Positions 1 to 8,792 of a stretch of DNA of 64,000 nucleotides are shown one piece after another. The position numbers were made by a program, and so were the translations under genes. This DNA is from Candidatus Microgenomates bacterium. GTDB taxonomy: Bacteria > Patescibacteriota > Microgenomatia > UBA8517 > JACQJR01. Each line of letters opens with the position of its first letter. Positions within the stretch are counted from its first letter, which is position 1. Where the stretch lies: the NCBI GenBank assembly GCA_016204995.1, contig JACQJR010000001.1:369132-433131 (forward strand), written 5' to 3'. The notes under the pieces are model-generated. The model saw only the letters and a list, made by a program, of their open reading frames with translations. It was not told the DNA's origin and did not search any database.

Positions 1-45
1 CTTCAGTTTCTTTTTCTCACGCACCATTTTTGATGTCTTCGCCAC
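1..45 (-). CDS. rpsN: 30S ribosomal protein S14, 5' part only (runs off window)
   Basis: GTG start at 45 gives MAKTSKMVREKKKLK; lies directly after rplE as in the spc operon. Confidence 0.75.
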   Translation of the reverse strand, partial: MAKTSKMVREKKKLK

Positions 46-46
46 C

Positions 47-592
47 TTATTTACCACCTTTCTCAAACGGCATGCCTAATTCTTCTAGTAATCTTTTAGC
101 TTGAGTCTCGCTTTTGGCACTAGTCACAATTGTAATACCTAAACCCCGGCCGCGACTAACTTTAGCTAAATCAATCTCCGGGAAAATAGTATGTTCAGTT
201 ATACCTAACGTGTAATTACCCGCTTTATCAAAAGAGGCGGTTTTGACTCCCCGAAAGTCCCGAATACGAGGAAGAACAATTTTAAAAAGTTTCTCCAAAA
301 ATGACCACATATATTTACCTCGCAAAGTTACCCGCAAACCAACTGGCTGACCTCGCCTAATACCAAAGCCGGAAATATCCCGGCTAGCCGGGCGAACTTG
401 CCCTTTTTGGCCGGTAATCGCTGCCAGCTCTGCTTGCACTTGCTCCAAGACACTTGCAGTTTTAGCAGCCTCGCCAATACCCATATCTAGGACTACCTTG
501 GTAATTTGCGGTACTGCCATCACACTTTTAACTCCTATTTCTTTTTGGAGCTTAGGCCGAATTTCATCTTTATATAATGTTTGTAAATTCAT
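47..592 (-). CDS. rplE: 50S ribosomal protein L5
   Basis: VPQITKVVLDMGIGE, GLRVTLRG, LPRIRDFRG, FPEID motifs. Confidence 0.98.
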   Translation of the reverse strand: MNLQTLYKDEIRPKLQKEIGVKSVMAVPQITKVVLDMGIGEAAKTASVLEQVQAELAAITGQKGQVRPASRDISGFGIRRGQPVGLRVTLRGKYMWSFLEKLFKIVLPRIRDFRGVKTASFDKAGNYTLGITEHTIFPEIDLAKVSRGRGLGITIVTSAKSETQAKRLLEELGMPFEKGGK

Positions 593-594
593 AT

Positions 595-924
595 CTATTT
601 AGCTTTCTTTCTTTCTTCTATGCCTTTACCGCATTTTCTGCACATCCGTATCTTGCTACCATCTTTCAAAACTTGCGTGCCAATTCTGGTCGGTTTATGA
701 CAAGTCGGGCAAATAAGGGCGATATTAGAAACTGGAAGAGGCCGGGAAAATTCTATAATACCTCCTGGTTTACCGCCTGGCATACCTTTACGATGTCTTT
801 TATAGACATTAACGCCCGCGACTAAAAGACGGCTTCTGGTAGGAAAAATCTTCTCCACTGTTCCTTTTTGGCCCTTATCTTTACCAGCCATGACTAATAT
901 TTCATCTCCGACTTTGAATCTCAT
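595..924 (-). CDS. rplX: 50S ribosomal protein L24
   Basis: KOW motif KVGDEILVMAGKDKG; operon order. Confidence 0.97.
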   Translation of the reverse strand: MRFKVGDEILVMAGKDKGQKGTVEKIFPTRSRLLVAGVNVYKRHRKGMPGGKPGGIIEFSRPLPVSNIALICPTCHKPTRIGTQVLKDGSKIRMCRKCGKGIEERKKAK

Positions 925-1289
925 ATGACCTCCTTTGCCAGTGATACTATCTTAGCAAATCCTGCTTCACGTACTTCCCTGGCAATTGGACCGAAGATCC
1001 GGCTGCCGCGAGGTACACCCTGTTTATCAACTACCACTGCCGCATTCTCGTCAAAACGAACTGATGAACCATCTACCCGCTTCCTTTCTTTTTTGGTCCT
1101 GACAATAACTGCATCTACCAGTTCTTGATCCTTTACTATTCCGTTCGGATCAGCTCCCCGCACTACACATTTGATAACCATTCCTGAATAGGCAAAACGC
1201 TTTCTAGAATAGTGTGGAATACCTATTAATTTCAAAAGATGAGCTCCTGAATTATCAGCCGGTTTTAACATAGAAAGTAGCTGTACCAT
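921..1289 (-). CDS. rplN: 50S ribosomal protein L14
   Basis: ADNSGA, RFDENAAV, GSRIFGPIARE. Confidence 0.98.
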   Translation of the reverse strand: MVQLLSMLKPADNSGAHLLKLIGIPHYSRKRFAYSGMVIKCVVRGADPNGIVKDQELVDAVIVRTKKERKRVDGSSVRFDENAAVVVDKQGVPRGSRIFGPIAREVREAGFAKIVSLAKEVI

Positions 1290-1290
1290 A

Positions 1291-1518
1291 TTATTTAATA
1301 ACCTCCATTATTTTCCAACTAATTGTGCGTGATATCGGCCTAGTTTGTACTAAAATTACCTTATTACCAATTTTGGCATCTATTAAATTTTGAGCGTGAT
1401 AGTTTTTTTGGCGGCGCAGACGCTTACCATATAAAGGATGGGTCACCCACCGCGAGACCTTTACCGTGGCAGCTTTTTCCATTTTATTACTAATTACTAC
1501 TCCTTGAACTTTCTTCAT
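1291..1518 (-). CDS. rpsQ: 30S ribosomal protein S17
   Basis: GVVISNKMEK, HPLYGK, TRPIS. Confidence 0.96.
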   Translation of the reverse strand: MKKVQGVVISNKMEKAATVKVSRWVTHPLYGKRLRRQKNYHAQNLIDAKIGNKVILVQTRPISRTISWKIMEVIK

Positions 1519-1727
1519 GATTTTTTGACCTCCAATTGTAAATTACGCAAGACCGTTAAAATCACCGCAATTTGCCGGCGCAAATTACGCCCAGCGTGCA
1601 CATTTTTAATCTTGCCAGTTTTAATATCCAGTTTAGTTTTAATAAACTCCTGTCTCTTTTTAGACAACAAGTCACCCAGTTCTTTAATTGATTTATTTTT
1701 TAATGCTAATAATTCTTGCTTTTTCAT
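1515..1727 (-). CDS. rpmC: 50S ribosomal protein L29
   Basis: RRQIAVILTV motif; between rplP and rpsQ. Confidence 0.92.
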   Translation of the reverse strand: MKKQELLALKNKSIKELGDLLSKKRQEFIKTKLDIKTGKIKNVHAGRNLRRQIAVILTVLRNLQLEVKKS

Positions 1728-1730
1728 ATT

Positions 1731-1765
1731 TCTAAGATCTAATTTCTAATATCTAAGATCTAACT
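1731..1765. repeat. 5 x TCTAANN heptamer tandem
   Basis: tctaaga-tctaatt-tctaata-tctaaga-tctaact spanning the rplP stop and the rplP/rpmC gap. Confidence 0.85.
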
Positions 1766-2160
1766 ACTATCTTGCAGGCCACTGGTAATTTGGCAGCTGC
1801 TAGCCTTAAAGCCTCATGAGCTATTTCGCTACTTACTCCCGCTACTTCAAATAACATCCGGCCAGGCTTAATTACTACGACATAACCGGTAATTTCACCT
1901 TTGCCTCCGCCCATCCGGACCCCGGCTGATTTTCCCGTAATTGGCTTATCAGGAAAAACCCTGGTCCAAATTTTACCACCCCGGCGCGTAGAATGAGCAA
2001 TTGCTCGTCTGGCGGCTTCAATTTGGGCGGCGCTGACCCAACCAACTGAAAGAGATTTCAAGCCATATTCACCAAAGGCGATATTTGCTCCTCTGGTAGC
2101 AATACCTTTCATACTTCCCCTAAATTGCTTGCGATATTTTTGTCTTTTTGGCTGTAACAC
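1753..2160 (-). CDS. rplP: 50S ribosomal protein L16
   Basis: MLQPKRQKYRK, QIEAARRA, RMGGGKG; start placed at GTG 2160 rather than the ORF-track 2220. Confidence 0.97.
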   Translation of the reverse strand: MLQPKRQKYRKQFRGSMKGIATRGANIAFGEYGLKSLSVGWVSAAQIEAARRAIAHSTRRGGKIWTRVFPDKPITGKSAGVRMGGGKGEITGYVVVIKPGRMLFEVAGVSSEIAHEALRLAAAKLPVACKIVVRS

Positions 2161-2177
2161 AGCATCTGGAAGGACAC

Positions 2178-2828
2178 CTACGGTTTCCCTCCAACTCCTT
2201 TCCCTTTTTTGTGAATCCAAACTTTTATTCCGACATACCCTCTTTTTAAGAGAGCCGTAGCTTGGGCATAATCAATATCAGCCCGTAAAGTTTGAGTCGG
2301 CACCGACCCAGTGTGAAATTTAGCTTTACGAGCAATCTCTGATCCTTCAATCCGGCCGGCAAATAAAATTTTAATACCCGCCGCTCCAGCTGACATTACT
2401 CTTTCCATCGCCCGAGTGGCCACCCGCCGATGCGGCAAGCGTCGTTCCAGTTCAGTAGCAATTCTATTGGCAACCAGTCTGGCTGATAATTCCGGCTCCC
2501 TTACCTCTTCTATTGCTAAATCTAATTTCATAGGAATATCTGGCAAATCTTTACGGATAAATTCCCGTAGCTCTTCCACCCCTGTTCCGCCTCGGCCAAT
2601 TACCATACCAGGTCTGGTCACTAAAATTCTGATAGTCATGGCCTTGGGTAGCCGTTCAATAATGACGTTTGTAAGCCCAGCGTTTTTTAATTTTTCTGTT
2701 AGTATCTCTCTTAGCCTCAAATCTGCCAAAAGATATTGACTAAAAAGACGCTTATCCGCAAACCATTTCGCCTTCCAATCGGAAAACGTCCCTGTGCGAA
2801 ATGCGACTGGATTAACCTTTTGTCCCAT
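2178..2828 (-). CDS. rpsC: 30S ribosomal protein S3
   Basis: MGQKVNP, RPGMVIGRGG, QTLRADIDY. Confidence 0.98.
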   Translation of the reverse strand: MGQKVNPVAFRTGTFSDWKAKWFADKRLFSQYLLADLRLREILTEKLKNAGLTNVIIERLPKAMTIRILVTRPGMVIGRGGTGVEELREFIRKDLPDIPMKLDLAIEEVREPELSARLVANRIATELERRLPHRRVATRAMERVMSAGAAGIKILFAGRIEGSEIARKAKFHTGSVPTQTLRADIDYAQATALLKRGYVGIKVWIHKKGKGVGGKP

Positions 2829-3183
2829 CTTTAACTCCTTTCACTTCTTCTTTAGTCTCAAGTACCACTCTAATATGGCTGGTTCTTTTCAAAATCGGCT
2901 TGACTCTGCCTGATGTACCAGCCCGAAATCTTTTAATTCTCGGCCCTTCGCCAATTTGGATCTCGCGAATTTCTAAACTATCTGGATTTATCCCTTTATT
3001 GTTTTTGGCATTGGCTATCGCCTGTTTGATAACTTTACTTAAAGGAGAAGCCGCCTTTTTATGCACAAATTCCAGTTGGGTAATTAAAAGAGCGGGGTTT
3101 TTGATCTTTTTAGCCAGGTAAGCCACATCCCGTAATTTTTGCGGGCTCATTCTAATATATTTTTGTTCAGCTTTTATAATCAT
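2812..3183 (-). CDS. rplV: 50S ribosomal protein L22
   Basis: IRMSPQKLR, AIANA, KRTSHI. Confidence 0.96.
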   Translation of the reverse strand: MIIKAEQKYIRMSPQKLRDVAYLAKKIKNPALLITQLEFVHKKAASPLSKVIKQAIANAKNNKGINPDSLEIREIQIGEGPRIKRFRAGTSGRVKPILKRTSHIRVVLETKEEVKGVKDGTKG

Positions 3184-3187
3184 AAAA

Positions 3188-3266
3188 TCTAAGGTATCTA
3201 GGCTGTTAGGCTCTTAGGCTATTAGGTAAAACCCAATACCCCAGTGGCCCAGGAACCCAATAGCCC
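3188..3266. repeat. 8-nt periodic inverted arms between rpsS and rplV
   Basis: TAGGCTNT units followed by CCCANNNN units. Confidence 0.6.
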
Positions 3267-3267
3267 T

Positions 3268-3552
3268 CTACGTTTTTTCTAATATTCTCTTAACAACTGC
3301 TCCGTGTCCACGAAACAGGCGAGTGGGAGCAAATTCTCCCAAGCGATGTCCCACCATGTCTTCGGTCACAAACACCTCTACAAAATTTTTACCAGTATGC
3401 ACCAAAAACCTCTGTCCCACAAAATCTGGCGAAATCTGACTCCACCTGGACCAGGTTTTAATAGGTGATTTCTGACCGCTCTCTTTTTGAGCCATCACCT
3501 TTTTGACTAACATTTCATCAATTGCTGGACCTTTTTTACTAGAACGACTCAT
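3268..3552 (-). CDS. rpsS: 30S ribosomal protein S19
   Basis: [28 protein letters not shown]. Confidence 0.98.
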   Translation of the reverse strand: MSRSSKKGPAIDEMLVKKVMAQKESGQKSPIKTWSRWSQISPDFVGQRFLVHTGKNFVEVFVTEDMVGHRLGEFAPTRLFRGHGAVVKRILEKT

Positions 3553-4295
3553 GATAACCTAGATCTTCTCCTTCCAATAATATACTTATCTGAATATTTA
3601 TGTCGTTTTCTGGTTTTAACTCCTCTGGCCGGCTTACCCCAAGGTGTTTTAGGCGGCATACCTTCACCCGATCTACCTTCTCCACCTCCGTGGGGATGGG
3701 CAGTCGGATACATGGCAACCCCTCTAACTGTCGGTCTAATTCCCATATGGCGGCTGCGGCCGGCCTTGCCAATTATTTCAGTTTTATGCTCCAGCCTGCT
3801 TACTTGACCAATGGTAGCAAAACAGCGACCATCAATTTTTCTGATTTCTCCTGATGGCAACTTGATAGTTATCATACTATCTTCTTTACCTTGCACTGTG
3901 GCTAAAGTACCTGCGCTCCTGACAATTTGACCACCTTTACCAAAAGTTAGCTCAATATTGTGGATATTGGTTCCAACTGGAATTTTAGACAGCGGCAAAG
4001 CATTACCCACCTTCAAAGAGGCATCTTTTGAAGCCATAATGGTTTGACCAACTGCCAAACCTGCGGGCGCTAAAATATAGCGTCTCTCGCCGTCGGTGTA
4101 AACCACTAACGCTACATCAGCAGTTCTATTTGGATCATATTCAATCGCCTCCACCCGACCAACAATATCTAGCTTATCGCGTTTAAAGTCAATTTCCCGC
4201 AAAAAGCGTTTATGTCTGCCACCCTGATGCCGGACCGAAATCCTACCATTAGAGCTGCGGCCAGAGTTTTTAGCTAAAATTCTTTTTAATTTCAT
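3549..4295 (-). CDS. rplB: 50S ribosomal protein L2 (short N-terminus)
   Basis: [30 protein letters not shown]. Confidence 0.98.
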   Translation of the reverse strand: MKLKRILAKNSGRSSNGRISVRHQGGRHKRFLREIDFKRDKLDIVGRVEAIEYDPNRTADVALVVYTDGERRYILAPAGLAVGQTIMASKDASLKVGNALPLSKIPVGTNIHNIELTFGKGGQIVRSAGTLATVQGKEDSMITIKLPSGEIRKIDGRCFATIGQVSRLEHKTEIIGKAGRSRHMGIRPTVRGVAMYPTAHPHGGGEGRSGEGMPPKTPWGKPARGVKTRKRHKYSDKYIIGRRRSRLS

Positions 4296-4609
4296 TTTTT
4301 AATCCTGCCCGTCTTTTTGGACTTTTTCTCGCTAGGGAATAAATCAATGGTCTGACCTTTTTTAAGGTAAACTATGGCCTTAACTCGATCTGATAATTTC
4401 TGAAAATTCCTACGATTTCGTACCCGTTTAGTCTTACCAGCGAGTTTTATAGTTCTTACTTTGACCACCTCTACTCCAAAAGTCTCTTCCACAGTTTGGC
4501 TAATCTGATGCTTGTTAGCCGCCCAATCTACTTCAAAAGTAAAGGCGTTTAGATTTTCAACAATTTTAGTTGATTTTTCCGTTAATATTGGTTTGATTAA
4601 AACGTTCAT
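4292..4609 (-). CDS. rplW: 50S ribosomal protein L23
   Basis: PILTEKS, ANKHQI, KAIV. Confidence 0.95.
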   Translation of the reverse strand: MNVLIKPILTEKSTKIVENLNAFTFEVDWAANKHQISQTVEETFGVEVVKVRTIKLAGKTKRVRNRRNFQKLSDRVKAIVYLKKGQTIDLFPSEKKSKKTGRIKK

Positions 4610-5265
4610 TTATTCTCCTTTTGACCCAAGAAAGTTTTTTTCAAAAGTTCTACCCCCGCTTCAGTGATAACCACTTTAGGATAGATAATTAGCTGATAAG
4701 CATTAATTTGGGAAGCTGGCATCAGTTCTACGCTTGCTATATTCCCCAAACCTCTCGCTAATTTTTCTTCGCCGCCATGCAAAACTAAAACTTTAGTTTT
4801 AGTTAAACCTAATTTATCTAACCATTTTTGCGCGGTTTTAGTTTTTCCCTCCAAGGCCGTTGCTTTAACCACTATTAAGTCTTTACTTGCCAGTTTTTCT
4901 GACAAGGCGACAGTTGTGGCTTGACGAGCCAGCCTCTTAGATAAACTCAACTGACGTTTTAGACCAGTTGGGCCATGAGCAATGCCGCCGCCGACAAAAA
5001 TAGGGGCTTTTTTCATGCCATGTCTGGCCCGGCCAGTTCCCTTTTGACGAAACATTTTAGCCGTGGTGCCAACTATTTCAGCTCTGGTTTTCACCTTATG
5101 GGTACCCTTGTGTTGTCTATCCTGATAAACATAGAAAGCCTGGGCCAGTAATTTATCATTTGGTTTCTGGCCAAATAACTCGTCAGGCAAAGACAATTTG
5201 GCAGCAGTTTTTCCTGTAGTTGGCCCCGATTTAATCGGGGTTGGTTGTATAATTATCTGTTTCAT
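4606..5265 (-). CDS. rplD: 50S ribosomal protein L4
   Basis: RQKGTGRARHG, GGGIAHGP. Confidence 0.97.
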   Translation of the reverse strand: MKQIIIQPTPIKSGPTTGKTAAKLSLPDELFGQKPNDKLLAQAFYVYQDRQHKGTHKVKTRAEIVGTTAKMFRQKGTGRARHGMKKAPIFVGGGIAHGPTGLKRQLSLSKRLARQATTVALSEKLASKDLIVVKATALEGKTKTAQKWLDKLGLTKTKVLVLHGGEEKLARGLGNIASVELMPASQINAYQLIIYPKVVITEAGVELLKKTFLGQKENK

Positions 5266-5267
5266 AA

Positions 5268-6050
5268 TTACTCTTCTTTCTTTTCCTCCTTCGGCTCGCC
5301 GGAGTCTGCGGCGGAGGCGGCTTCAGCTTGTTCTGCTTCTACTTCTACTTCCATTGGCGGTAATTCCTCTGGTTTAATATCTTGGCCACGGACTACAAGG
5401 GGAGAAAAATCTTTAATTTGACCAATTTTGGTAATGGTCACCAAACTATCTTTATTGCCTGGTACCGGACCGGATAATAACACTTCACCGTTATCTTTCA
5501 CCGATAAGACTACCAAATTACGGATTGTGACGCGGTCGCTACCCATTCTACCAGCCATTCGCTTACCCTTATAAACCCGGCCAGGAGTGGTAGTTTGGCC
5601 GATGGATCCGGGGGCGCGTTCTCGATCTGATTGGCCGTGGGTGCGAGGACCACCGGCAAAATGATAGCGTCTGACCACACCGGCGAAGCCTTTACCTTTG
5701 GAAATACCAATTACTTTAACTAAATCACCAGGGCTAATCACATCCGAAGCTTTAACTTCATCTCCCACTTTTAAATCTTCGGCAGGCTGTTTGATTTCCC
5801 TTAAAAAGCGAGGAGCAACTTTTTCGCCTTTTGTTGCTCCTTTAAGATGCCCTAAAACTGCCTTTGAGATATTTTTAATTTTTCGCTCTCCTAAGCCTAA
5901 TTGAACTGCCTCATAACCATCTCTATCGTGAGCTTTAATTTGGGTAACCACCAGAGGACCAGCCTGAATTAAAGTAGTCGGGATCCGCCGACCATCTTCA
6001 CTCCAAGCCTGTGACATACCCTTTTTGATTCCTAAAATAGCATTAATCAT
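5268..6050 (-). CDS. rplC: 50S ribosomal protein L3 with acidic C-terminal extension
   Basis: GIKKGMSQ, SKGKGFAG, RAPGSIG, PGRVYKGKRMAG. Confidence 0.98.
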   Translation of the reverse strand: MINAILGIKKGMSQAWSEDGRRIPTTLIQAGPLVVTQIKAHDRDGYEAVQLGLGERKIKNISKAVLGHLKGATKGEKVAPRFLREIKQPAEDLKVGDEVKASDVISPGDLVKVIGISKGKGFAGVVRRYHFAGGPRTHGQSDRERAPGSIGQTTTPGRVYKGKRMAGRMGSDRVTIRNLVVLSVKDNGEVLLSGPVPGNKDSLVTITKIGQIKDFSPLVVRGQDIKPEELPPMEVEVEAEQAEAASAADSGEPKEEKKEE

Positions 6051-6052
6051 AC

Positions 6053-6195
6053 TTGTTTGTTTTTCCTGTTAGGGAAAAGAGATGGAGAAAAACCGTAGGT
6101 TTGTCTCCAAGCACAAAAATGGGTGCTCGCCGCACCCTAAATGTGGAGTGTCAGACCGAACACACTTTTCAGGAAGTAACGAACTCTTCCATTAA
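6053..6195 (-). ncRNA. putative structured 5' leader of the rplC operon
   Basis: Four hairpins (TGGAGA/TCTCCA, GGGTGC/GCACCC, AGTGT/ACACT, GGAAG/CTTCC) between a promoter and the rplC ATG. Confidence 0.5.
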
Positions 6196-6200
6196 CAATA

Positions 6201-6229
6201 AGTATATCAAAAAGAAGCTAATATGGCAA
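6201..6229 (-). promoter_or_regulatory. sigma70-type promoter for the rplC operon
   Basis: TTGCCA-N17-TATACT on minus strand. Confidence 0.7.
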
Positions 6230-6252
6230 GCTCCGATTTAATCGGAGTAAGC

Positions 6253-6909
6253 TCAATATTCGCTCAAGGATTCTTTCGCCAGATCTGCCAGATTATTGAC
6301 TGCGGGCAGATGCTTCTGGAAAGAAATTAAACCTTTCTTTTCCAGCTTTGATAATTCAAGGCTGGTAGTTTCCCGAGTCACTCCTGCCAGACTGGCGATA
6401 TCTTGATGGGTGAGCGGCAACTGAATCACTACCTTATTGCCTTCTTTTTGCCCGAACTTTTCCGCGCAGATTAAAATCATGGAGGCAACTTTAGCGTAAG
6501 CATCTCCAAAGGCCAGATATTCCATTCGCCGCAGAGCAAATCTAAACCGATCATTAACTTGTTGACTGACTATTCTAAATACTGCTGTATTTTGATAAGC
6601 AAAGTCTATGAATTGTTTTTTATCCGCCCGTTTGAGTTCCACAGGCGTTAAAGCTTCGCTGTAATAAAGACTGGGCCCTCCCCCGGCCAAGACCAGAGCG
6701 GCCGGAAAGACATCACCTGCTTGGTAAATTAATAAGGTCAATTCTTTGCCTTCTGCGGAAAGTGAATAAAGCCTCACATAACCTTTTTCCAGTAAATAAA
6801 TACCGGCGGGGGGGTCGCCAGCGCGAAGAATGGTTTCTCCTTTTTTGTAGGTTATTTTTCTGAACTGGCTAAAAAAATTCTCTAGCGCGGAAGGGACTAT
6901 ATTACTCAC
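6253..6909 (-). CDS. Crp/Fnr-family transcriptional regulator
   Basis: cNMP-binding fold N-terminus (YKKGETIL, GYVRLY) and HTH LTHQDIASLAGVTRETTS. Confidence 0.95.
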   Translation of the reverse strand: MSNIVPSALENFFSQFRKITYKKGETILRAGDPPAGIYLLEKGYVRLYSLSAEGKELTLLIYQAGDVFPAALVLAGGGPSLYYSEALTPVELKRADKKQFIDFAYQNTAVFRIVSQQVNDRFRFALRRMEYLAFGDAYAKVASMILICAEKFGQKEGNKVVIQLPLTHQDIASLAGVTRETTSLELSKLEKKGLISFQKHLPAVNNLADLAKESLSEY

Positions 6910-6929
6910 TTAAAAACATTGTACCACTT

Positions 6930-6994
6930 GTTAGTTATCTTACACAAATTTGGTAGTCAGTCTTACTGCATCCGCCAAAAATCCGAAATAAAAT
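6930..6994 (+). promoter_or_regulatory. Crp-family operator pair and class II-like promoter
   Basis: GTT-N8-TAC at 6930-6943; GTA-N8-TAC at 6953-6966, then N22 and TAAAAT at 6989-6994. Confidence 0.5.
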
Positions 6995-7004
6995 TTTAGT
7001 AAGT

Positions 7005-7070
7005 ATGGGGAAAAGATTGTTAGACTTAATCGGTAGCTTGATTGCCTTCTTTAATGCGCCGACTGGTTAA
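7005..7070 (+). CDS. putative 21-aa hydrophobic peptide MGKRLLDLIGSLIAFFNAPTG
   Basis: ATG 10 nt after the -10 box; divergent from the Crp gene. Confidence 0.4.
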   Translation: MGKRLLDLIGSLIAFFNAPTG

Positions 7071-7131
7071 AAATTAATTGGCTATGGAACGCCGCGTGGT
7101 ACCGCAAGTGTCGCGAGGACCTTAAATTAGG

Positions 7132-7440
7132 CTACATTTTGATCTCTATTGATACTCCGGCCGGCAAATCTAAATTGGATAACGAATCAATGGTACGGGA
7201 AGTAGGATTCATAATATCTACAATCCTTTTATGGGTTAAAATTTCAAAATGATCTTGGGCGTCTTTATCCACATGAGGCGAAGCATTAACAGTGATTAAT
7301 TTGCGACGAGTTGGTAAAGGGGTGGGACCGGACACACTAGCACCCGTGGAAAGAGCCGCCTCCACGATTTTGGCGGCTGCCTCATCAATGACCCGATGGT
7401 CAAAGGATTTAAGTTTAACTCTAATTCTTGACGCTGGCAT
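7132..7440 (-). CDS. rpsJ: 30S ribosomal protein S10
   Basis: RIRVKLKSFDH, GPTPLPT, SPHVDK, LPAGVSIEIK. Confidence 0.98.
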   Translation of the reverse strand: MPASRIRVKLKSFDHRVIDEAAAKIVEAALSTGASVSGPTPLPTRRKLITVNASPHVDKDAQDHFEILTHKRIVDIMNPTSRTIDSLSNLDLPAGVSIEIKM

Positions 7441-7524
7441 ATTTACTCCAATTCAAAGTGCAAAATGCAAAATTAAAAATTCCGATAGTAGAAATTATAA
7501 CCTAGAAATTAAGTGAAGTCAAAG

Positions 7525-8727
7525 TTAAGCAGTTACACTGGAGATGACGCCGGCGCCGACGGTTCTGCCGCCCTCACGAATGGCAAAACGCAGACCTTCT
7601 TCTAAGGCTACCGGCTGAATCAATTTCACTTTTAATTTGGCGTTATCCCCAGGCATGACCATTTCTACGCCTTCCGGCAAAACAACATCTCCGGTCACAT
7701 CAGTGGTTCTAATATAGAATTGGGGTTTGTAACCTGGGAAAAATGGGGTATGACGACCACCCTCCTCTTTGGTTAAAATGTAAGCCTCTGCTTCAAATTC
7801 TGTATGAGGAGTAACGCTGCCTGGTTTAGCCAACACCTGACCACGTTCTACATCATCTTTTTCAATACCGCGAATCAAAATCCCGACGTTGTCTCCAGCT
7901 TGACCTTCATCAAGAGTTTTTCTAAACATTTCAACACCAGTCACGACAGTTTTCTTGGTATCTTTAGTTAAACCGACAATTTCCACCTCTTCTCCCACCT
8001 TAATTTTGCCGCGCTCTACCCGGCCAGTCACTACTGTACCACGGCCTTTGATAGCAAAAACGTCTTCTACCGGCATCAAAAATGGTTTATCTATCTCCCG
8101 CTCGGGCGTTGGAATAAACTCATCCACTGCCTTCATCAGTTCCAAAATTTGTTTCTCTGCTTCCGAGTCGCCCTCGTAGGCTTTCAAAGCTGAACCACGA
8201 ATGATCGGAGTATCTTTACCTGGATATTGATATTTGTTCAAAAGTTCCCGAACTTCTTCTTCCACTAAGTCTACTAAACCCGGATCATCAACCATATCAA
8301 CTTTGTTCAAGAAAACTACTAAAGCTGGGACGTTGACTTGACGAGCCAGTAAGACGTGCTCGCGGGTTTGGGGCATCGGTCCATCAGCAGCGGAAACTAC
8401 TAAAATAGCTCCATCCATTTGAGCGGCGCCGGTGATCATGTTTTTGACGTAGTCAGCGTGTCCCGGAGCATCAATATGAGCATAATGACGTTTATCCGTT
8501 TCATACTCCATGTGGGTAATGTTGATGGTCACTCCGCGTTGTTTTTCTTCCGGGGCATTATCAATATCATCAAAAGCAGCCGATTTAGTAGGATTACCAG
8601 GTTGTTTGGCTAAAACGCGGGTAATAGCTGCAGTTAAAGTAGTTTTACCATGATCCACGTGACCAATAGTACCTACATTAATGTGAGGTTTAGTTCTCTC
8701 GTATTTCTTTTTTGCTTCTTCTGCCAT
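7525..8727 (-). CDS. tuf: elongation factor Tu
   Basis: [34 protein letters not shown]. Confidence 0.99.
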   Translation of the reverse strand: MAEEAKKKYERTKPHINVGTIGHVDHGKTTLTAAITRVLAKQPGNPTKSAAFDDIDNAPEEKQRGVTINITHMEYETDKRHYAHIDAPGHADYVKNMITGAAQMDGAILVVSAADGPMPQTREHVLLARQVNVPALVVFLNKVDMVDDPGLVDLVEEEVRELLNKYQYPGKDTPIIRGSALKAYEGDSEAEKQILELMKAVDEFIPTPEREIDKPFLMPVEDVFAIKGRGTVVTGRVERGKIKVGEEVEIVGLTKDTKKTVVTGVEMFRKTLDEGQAGDNVGILIRGIEKDDVERGQVLAKPGSVTPHTEFEAEAYILTKEEGGRHTPFFPGYKPQFYIRTTDVTGDVVLPEGVEMVMPGDNAKLKVKLIQPVALEEGLRFAIREGGRTVGAGVISSVTA

Positions 8728-8759
8728 ATTAAAAAGGGCCTCTGCCCTCTATATCAAGT

Positions 8760-8789
8760 ATTATATGAAATATGAGCCTAATCTGTCAA
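8760..8789 (-). promoter_or_regulatory. sigma70 promoter for tuf
   Basis: TTGACA-N18-TATAAT. Confidence 0.75.
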
Positions 8790-8792
8790 TAG

